DNA of 59,234 nucleotides, the filler included, from Dugesia japonica (Eukaryota), in NCBI GenBank assembly GCA_001938525.1. It is 5 parts of 5 records of this genome, joined end to end, with 100 filler letters (N's around TTAATTAATTAA, not from the genome) between each part and the next. Parts side by side here need not be neighbours in the genome. Positions count along the whole stretch, not along the records: positions 47,389 to 59,234 come from MQRL01633687.1; 4 more parts are not named here. The stretch is one strand, 5' to 3'. The notes under the pieces are model-generated. The model did not search any database, had not been told where the DNA came from, and saw only the letters and a program-made list of their open reading frames with translations. Position numbers and translations under genes: made by a program. This document shows positions 51,288 through 59,234 of this stretch, piece by piece (position 1 is the stretch's first letter; each line of letters starts with the position of its first letter).

Positions 51288-52620
51288 TAAGGGGACTGGA
51301 AATTAATGTCGTTTTTTTACGTTAAATTCAAACAAATAAGTTTTAAACAAGTTTTTATTTTTATCAATCACCCTCGTTATCAACAGCTTTTTGACATCTA
51401 GTCTGTAAATTTTCAATTCTGGATCGATAAAAATCGATTGGAATTTGAGAAAAATATCTGGAGGTGGCATTTTGGATATCATTCCAATTTTCAAGTTTTT
51501 TGTCACATATAATGTGTTGTAGCAATCGGAGCAAATGAAAATCCGATGTTGCAAAGTCTGACAAGTATAGAGGGTGAAACAGTAACTGCCAATGCGGTAA
51601 GGCAAAATATTAAGTAAAAAAATTTGAAAATTTTTTTTAATATTGTCTATTTGTTTTAAAAACAGGGGAATTTATAAAAGATGTAAATTAAAGATAGATT
51701 ATTTATTAGTCAACGACGAGATCATGTCAATAGAGATTATCCACAGAAGAATCAAAGATGTTTTTGGTGCAGAAAATGGGACACGTGAGAAGAGAGTATA
51801 AAAAAGAGAGATGTTTTCNNNNNNNNNNNNNNNNNNNNNNNNNNNNNNNNNNNNNNNNNNNNNNNNNNNNNNNNNNNNNNNNNNCAGAAGAATTGGTATG
51901 GATATTTTAATGCTGTGTAAGCACAAGAGGAAGAGGATGGACGAGAAGATGAAATTAGTGAAAATGTGTCAGAAGTACTGTGCCCAAATGGGATTGCTCC
52001 ATCATTGGGTTTAGGGATTGAACTACAGACTTTAAGTCTGTACCATCATAATATAAATATCCAAATAGAGCTGCAGTTCAAAACAGTAAGAGAATGGATA
52101 CATCACCAAACACACAAAAGCACTTTTGGTATGTAAATCTGATTTAGCAGTACTTCATGACAATTCATTCGAAATGAACCTTTGCTTTTTGCTTGGTGGA
52201 TTATCATAGTGAATTCATTTTTCATCTCCAGTTATAAAACAAAAAATTGCTTCTCTATTGTACCATTGAAGCAATACGTTGCATGTGGTGGATCGGTTAG
52301 CCTTGTTTTTAATCAATTATAGATGTTCTTGGATAGTCAGTCTAGGTTGATTTAGAGGGTTTCACAGTTTTCCAATTNTATGACACGGATTTGCTTCCAT
52401 TTCCGTCCTTAACATGTCATTGTCTAAAGTTGTTGGTTTTCCTGATAGATATTAGTCGAAAAATTGAAAATTACTGGATCTAGACTGAGAAAACCACTTT
52501 TGACATTTACAAACGTCTAAATATTTTTGGTAGCAACTGTTGCGTTATTACCCTTTCGAAACTCAAAAAGCATACAATATCAGATATATATGGACATTTC
52601 ATATAAATATTTGAGTTAAT
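51288..52620 (-). mobile_element. Mariner element, decayed and interrupted (about 51610-52030)
   Basis: N-terminal MLFEFRKGNNAT; ITGDEK*IHYDNP; C-terminal LYLSDFATSDFHLLRLLQH...FYRSRIENLQTRCQKAVDNEGD. Confidence 0.8.
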
Positions 52621-52789
52621 TTGCTTTACATATGAAATTTTTGTACAAATTTTTAAAAAGTTTATAAGTAACAATAATAAACACAAATGTGCGCCTTATA
52701 CACCGATACGCCCTTTTGTGTATTTTTAGTAATTTCTCGAAAAATACGGTAATTAATTAGAATAAGTAAATACAACTTTATACAAAAAG

Positions 52790-52930
52790 TAAGTTGACTT
52801 TTTAAATAAAACACATGCTATTCATTCAAATATATTTTGTCTCCTTCAAAGTAATTCCCTTCCGTTGCAACACACATTAGCCTACATTGAATTCAATTTT
52901 CTCAATTTTCATCAGCACATCCTTTATTTT
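52790..52930 (-). pseudogene. Mariner transposase extreme C-terminus
   Basis: CVATEGNYFEGDKI. Confidence 0.6.
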
Positions 52931-53165
52931 TTTGGGAAAAGAGCTTTTTCGAGTATGACTTTCTAACGAGTTAAAAATATAAAAATCACCTTACTTTTTG
53001 AACACAGTAATTTGTAAATTATATATATGTAAGATTGAGTGAATGAATTGTCACGAAAATTGATCTTATCTTTGAGCACATTACAAATAAAATAACTAAT
53101 TAAAATATTGATGATTTGATTAAAGAGAATAGTTATTAAAATGATTTCAAAAATAAGAAACATAA

Positions 53166-53441
53166 AGGGCTGTTCATTAATTATATCAACAAATCAGAGT
53201 TATTGGATTTGAAGAAATTTGACAATTGTTGACAAGGAGGGAAGAAGGCGTTCAAGATAAATTTACGTCAACAATTCTTTTATAATAAATTTAATAAATC
53301 AAAAAAACTANNNNNNNNNNNNNNNNNNNNNNNNNNNNNNNNNNNTATTTGTTGACATAATTTTGTTACTGAAAGTTTGCCAGTTAATGACAAAGGATAA
53401 GGGGTTTTAAAAAGTTGTTGACATAATTAATGGATAGCTCT
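53166..53441. mobile_element. MITE (PIF/Harbinger-like TIRs)
   Basis: AGGGCTGTTCATTAATTATATCAACA / TGTTGACATAATTAATGGATAGCTCT. Confidence 0.65.
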
Positions 53442-54729
53442 CATTAAATAAAATGGAAATAAATATAATAGATTTAAAATAGAATTGAAAATTCGGTAGA
53501 ACTGTGAAGAAATGAGAAATAATAGTATACCTGAGGTGTTACATAAGAATCACTGAGAAAATATAAATTATTGGACTTTCGCATTTATTAGTTGGATATA
53601 AAGAAATTATTTGATGAATGAGTAGGTTCTGAGAAAATTTCGTATTTAATACTTTGTGAGTCTTATTTAAACAAAATTTCTATGATTTGTATTTTATTTT
53701 CTTAAAAGTATTAAAATTTATTTTATATTAATTTATAATTCAAATTCTTACTGAGATGAGTTATTTTTAATAATTCACTTTGATTGAAATAAAATTAATG
53801 ATAATTCTTTAAATTTCAATTTTATGTCAAATTTCTGGCAAGAATAGATAATTTAAATACTTAAGCAAACTAGAATATTTTGAAATGAAATCTATATTAN
53901 NNNNNNNNNNNNNNNNNNNNNNNNNNNNNNNNNNNNNNNNNNNNNNNNNNNNNNNNNNNNNNNNNNNNNNNNNNNNNNNNNNNNNNNNNNNNNNNNNNNN
54001 NNNNNNNNNNNNNNNNNNNNNNNNNNNNNNNNNNNNNNNGCATCACTGATATCATAGGTACTATACTATGCTATATAACTTCGAAAATTTAATATAGTAC
54101 TGTTAAAGTGTTATTATGCAGTTAGCATTTTGTGAGAGGATCGTTGTGAATCCGTGAAATATTGGTTGCATAGAATTAAATTTCATTAAAAAATTCATTT
54201 TGGATATATCATGGACTTGAGTAACAGGCCGCATATAACATAGTTCCGGGCCATATGCGGCCCGCGAGTCGTGAATCACTGTATNATATTAATAAATTAT
54301 GTTTATCATAATTACTGATTAATAATTAATATAGTATGAATTAATTATGGTTTAATTTATTAAACGGGTTATTTTAATAAACAGATTTTTTTAAAATTAA
54401 CTATCATTTTTCCATTAGCCCAACTAAAGAAAACAACAAAAAAATGAACAAAGATAACCGTTTTTTTAAAAGTATTTATTGTATAAAAATTAAGAATGAA
54501 CATAAGCATTAAATATTTAAAAATAAATGATTATGTTTTCTCAAAAATTTAATAAAAGCAAAAAAAATTAAAAATAACGAGAAAAATCTAACTAAAACAA
54601 TAGAACACAAAAGTATAGGGCTATAAAACATTTTAAAAACAAATAAAATATGAACACTAAAATGTTTATTTATTTTTTAACATTTCTTTAATTTTTACTA
54701 ATAAATGTTCTTAAGGTTCTTAAAATTTC

Positions 54730-55530
54730 TTTTGAATAAATATTCCGCCAAATACAGCTACAGTTTATCTCTCCTACCAATATTTTTTTGGTTCGAAGCT
54801 ACCTCTTTAAAATACCCCACAAACTTGCAATGGTTTGTATATGTATATCAGAATTATCTGGAGATATAAAGTTAATAGAGTGATTTACCGTTTTGTCATT
54901 ATAACTTGAAGTTTCACTGAAAAACTTAATGTATGACACCCGTTGATTGCTGTAAACTGTGGTATTCCCGTGAATAAGATTTTTAATCAAATCTCCTAAT
55001 GTTTTAGCAACATGATTGTCCAAGATCTTTAAAAAATGATGACCGCCTTCACGCTCGATATCCCCAAATAGCCATTGACCTTTGTTGTATTTCCGTTTCT
55101 TGGCAACAAGAATTTCATCTATCTCAACAATACTTTCTTTACCCAAGATAGGATATTTACTGTCTATAAAAATAGGAATGTCTTTTCGAACCAGTGAAAG
55201 CACTTTTGTTACAGCAGCGTTAGAATGGTCAATCTTTTCACAAATTTCAATTACGCTTGTATTACTAGTGAACAACTCAAATATTAGTAAAACATCATCA
55301 ATATCTAGTCTCAATTTTGAAAAAGACGAAAAATTTCTTACAACAAAGTGCTGTTCATAAGTTTTACACCAATATCTGACACCAACTGTTTTTGTTGTGT
55401 CACTACTGATGGTAAAGTGAGTTCTATATTGGAGACACTCGACATGATCATGATTTATTCTCAAAGCTTTCATAATCGACCTTTTCGATTTGCAATCTCG
55501 TTTTATTCAGTTGATAAGTTCATTTCATTG
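54730..55530 (-). pseudogene. Merlin / ISXO2-like (IS1595 family) DDE transposase, decayed
   Basis: IVEIDE...KRKYNKGQWLFGDIER...TTVYSN...TVNHSINFISP...IHIQTIASLWGILKR. Confidence 0.88.
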
Positions 55531-56469
55531 GAATTGATTATACATAATCTTTTATGTTTAAATATTTAAAAAAATTTATGCTAATACCCATTCTAAATTT
55601 TTATACATTAAATAAGTTAAAATANNNNNNNNNNNNNNNNNNNNNNNNNNNNNNNNNNNNNNNNNNNNNNNNNNNNNNNNNNNNNNNNNNNNNNNNNNNN
55701 NNNNNNNNNNNNNNNNNNNNNNNNNNNNNNNNNNNNNNNNNNNNNNNNNNNNNNNNNNNNNNNNNNNNNNNNNNNNNNNNNNNNNNNNNNNNNNNNNNNN
55801 NNNNNNNNNNNNNNNNNNNNNNNNNNNNNNNNNNNNNNNNNNNNNNNNNNNNNNNNNNNNNNNNNNNNNNNNNNCAAAAATTCAATCAATCACAAAGTTC
55901 AAATTTTCCTCAATCTTTAGACTTTTGAAAATCATTGGCTTTCCAAACAAGACTTGATTAATTGCTTTGATTCTGATTGCCTCACAAATAATTCCAAGTT
56001 CAAGAGAAAAGTTTCTGTTTACAACTCTAATCCTGAGGTATTCATCGAAAAGTTTAACCTTATTATTGAAGATTACGATCTTGAATCTTTGAGAATTAGC
56101 AATTTTCAATTACCTCACAACATAAAAAGCCAATCTGATTTGTGTGCAATCAGTGATGAATTGAAATTTCTACTAACCAATGATGTAATTAGCAAATTTC
56201 GATTCATTCAGCTCCAGAAGTAGTTTTTTGTTCGGGGACTTTTTGAGCGGTTACAATTATATTGTGGCATTAGTAGAAGTTGTGACGCAAGTCTTATTAA
56301 TACCATCATAATATATTTGATATGTTCGGTAAAATTAAAACCATAAGTCGATTTCTGCAATACAGTAGTACCCATAAGATACCTTACATTTATCACAATA
56401 ATAAATGTATTTATCACATAATTACAATCAATTCGATAATAATGACAGTATTACAGTACATTTTTAAAA

Positions 56470-57300
56470 GGTTTACCTTCTGAATCAATAAACTTCATGT
56501 ACCTGACTTTTGTCACGTGGTAAATGTTGCGACCGAACTACTTGCTTCTATCGATTTCCTGAATTTCTTCGCTGATGTCGCAGTGTCTGCAAAGAATCAG
56601 AATTTCTGGAATAAATGGCTTCGTCAATTCAATACCCCATAAGGCGAATACACGGGGTATCAAGTTGAGAGAACGTGTTGACCAGTTAGTTGTCCCTCTG
56701 AGTCCTATTCAGGATTTAAACGTTTCTTGAAAGTGCGAACAATATTTGAAAAATTGGATCACAGTACACCAGAAATTTGAATAGACTCCAGTGATTGAAC
56801 TCTTTTGACTTTAATTAGAATAATAAGATTAGCTTCAGAGTAATAAACTGAGTTATGTCAATTCACCTGTCCGTTGTAATGAAATGTTACTTCATAGGAC
56901 CATACGATTTGATCCAGCACACTTGGATTTTCTTCTGAAATATTCACATACCACTCGCAGAACTAATATCTGCGATTGAAGTCGTATTCTCCCGTGTGGT
57001 CTCCCCAATGTTAGCATTGGATCCTTTCTATTTCTTTGTAGTGCTGTTTTGGAAATTTGCACTTAGCTGCAGGCTCTAATTTGCGATGTGGTTGAATTTT
57101 TAAAATAGAATTTCGTCACTGTTTCTTTATTCTATGAGTTTCTGACTGACACAGATTGACCGCGGTTTTTAACATCATGAACCCTGCAAGTTTCTCGAAA
57201 TATTTTTTTTAGTTCATAAATAGCTTGACTTGATGGTAGTACCTTGCCAGAATATTTTTCAGTAAATGGTCTTTATACAGAGAGAATATCTCTTTGAAAA
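56470..57300 (-). pseudogene. Tc1/mariner-superfamily transposase (maT/rosa-like), decayed
   Basis: RRY*FCEW...IVWSYEVTFHYNGQVN*HN and WSTRSLNLIPRVFALWG correspond to WSDEA.F..NG.VN.HN and WPPRSPDL.P.DF.LWG. Confidence 0.75.
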
Positions 57301-57353
57301 CTCTTTTCTAAAATAAAAAATTTCAATTAAATTTAAATTTGATTAAGCTTCTT

Positions 57354-57511
57354 TTAATTATTATAAACTAAATTGATTTTAGGTTTGTTCCTTTTGATCA
57401 ATATTTCTTCCTGTGGAGTGTAGAAATGTAGCCTTTCCGTAATGTTTTCCATATTATATGATGTTTTTTCTGCTGAAATTTTATGTATGTGTTGAAAGTG
57501 TTTGATGACTT
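57354..57511 (-). pseudogene. Penelope GIY-YIG C-terminal relic
   Basis: VIKHFQHIH...EEILIKRNKPKIN parallels the 19565 copy. Confidence 0.6.
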
Positions 57512-57579
57512 NNNNNNNNNNNNNNNNNNNNNNNNNNNNNNNNNNNNNNNNNNNNNNNNNNNNNNNNNNNNNNNNNNAT

Positions 57580-58061
57580 CGCATTATCAACATCAGAACT
57601 CGAATTCATTACAAAATTTATTCAAAGAAAAACTATAACCATCATTATTTGTTTATTCAAACAAATTAAAACGTCATGCTCTAATCGGAAATTATTTTTC
57701 ACAAATTTAAAATGTAGATTTAAAACTTGGTATTAATTAATTTGAAAATTTAAAGAAAATAATTATTTATTAATAACACATCCTTTTAAATTTTCACAAA
57801 ATTTTATAACAAAAAAATGATCATTTGTTAAAACATATCCTTTAAAATTTTCACAAAAACTTTCATAAAATTTTCGAAACAAAATCACTTGCTATTAAAT
57901 TATCATTTTAAAATCTTCTGAATTTTCAAAACAAAAAATTTTAATTTATTTTAATTTCTTAATTAATTTTTGATTTTGATTTTGTTAAAAAAGATTTGTT
58001 AAAAACACAATTTCCAACAAGAGCACAAAAATTTCAGCCTGCTTTTCAAAACATACTCACA
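57580..58061 (-). repeat. Diverged LTR-like repeat, same family as 20209/41475
   Basis: TGTGAGTATGTTTTGAAAAGCAGGCTGAAATTTTTGTG start, and downstream ...TGATGTTGATAAT gag-like start. Confidence 0.55.
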
Positions 58062-59234
58062 GTTATATCAGTCAAAAAGTTAAACTCCTGTAGAAGACAA
58101 AAGTTGAAAACTTGAGATACTAACAAAAACTAAGATGATAAAAAAATAAATAAAAATCAGCATTTTGATCGAAGCTTTTGTTTTAATGAAATATATATAT
58201 ATATTTGCTCTAAATCTTAAAAGTTGATACGTAACGTTTTCTGGCAAAATGTTGAAATTTAAACAATAAATAATTAATTAATAAAAGTAACAAATTAGTG
58301 TCATTTTTTACGAAACTAATAATAACTTATTTTTAGTAAAGGTTAATAACAATTTTTTTGTTATTCAGTTTCTTTGTAAAATTGTTAACATAATTTTTTT
58401 TAATACGGATTANATTTTATTTTCTTGAACAAAAATAAACTTTTCTTTTATTATTTGAATTTAATGAGATTATAAAAGAATATTTAAAAATATTTAAAAG
58501 GCTGAAAATTTCAAAATTTTGAAAAAAAATTTGTTCATATTAAACTTAAGAAAAGCAGTCATTTGAAGAATTGAAAATTTTTTGTAATTGTTTTTAGAAA
58601 GGAAGTACATTAAGAACTAAAATTAAATCACAGTAGGTGGTGAAAATATGAAACTTCTTTTAAATATCAAAAAAATTAACGAGATTTTTTAACATTTATT
58701 AAGCAGTTAGATTATGCAAGAATAACAAATAATTTCATGAAAATTAGATAGATAGTAGCGCATAGCCTCATTGCCCATCTGACGTAATAGTTATACAGTG
58801 GTTTAAAATTCAACATACAGTTATTGTGTAATGAAAAAGATTATACAGTGGGGTTGAGATCTTACTTTATTATTACGTAATCGCTTAATTCCCATCACCT
58901 TATAATTAAAGTATTACACAATAATAAAGTATTAAGCGATGGCCCATATTGTGCAAATTTGTTTTTTTTTCTTATGTTTATAATTTATAATAATTTAATA
59001 ATGTAATGATTGAAAATAGTCGGTACTTTCTTTTCAATTCACCGGAATTAGTTTTTAATTATAGTTTTTTCATTGTCAATATAAATTTAAAAAATCAATT
59101 TTCAATTTTAGATTACAAATTATTTAAATTACTGCTTTATATCGTAATGAATTTTCTCCGGTTGTCAGCTGTGGTCCATGACAAAGAAAGCAATTTAAAA
59201 CTTTTACAACAGCATGGTATTATTCAATCGTCTC

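Noticed and set aside
55954-56223. 89-aa ORF next to a gap
   Set aside because: No recognisable motif or clear splice context; cannot separate a host exon from a TE relic.

Overview
AT-rich (about 75% A+T by eye) eukaryotic draft sequence, probably an invertebrate; planarian-like is an inference from composition, short introns and the TE spectrum. It is not one locus: four artificial 100-nt linkers (N44-TTAATTAATTAA-N44) join five unrelated contigs (1-12338, 12439-25455, 25556-35332, 35433-47288, 47389-end). Most recognisable content is decayed mobile DNA: a rearranged Polinton/Maverick (pPolB, two major-capsid fragments, terminus) abutting a Gypsy integrase, Gypsy gag-pol, Penelope RT and GIY-YIG relics, hAT (Buster/Charlie-type), mariner/Tc1, Merlin, MITEs and foldbacks. 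Candidate host coding sequence is limited to a TSGA13-like terminal exon and a long RING-finger ORF. The standout is a dispersed multi-cassette unit that I do not recognise (copies at about 1.5-6.2 kb +, 42.6-45.0 kb -, parts at 49.1-50.0 kb, and a similarly built cluster at 22.2-25.3 kb -). In it, a CCAAT/TATA promoter precedes an ATG-free leader exon ending in A|GT, and downstream cassettes begin AG|TG, so splicing would create each cassette's ATG. One cassette encodes a coiled-coil protein ending in a conserved KxTQT (LC8-type) motif. All alignments were done by eye; no database search was run.
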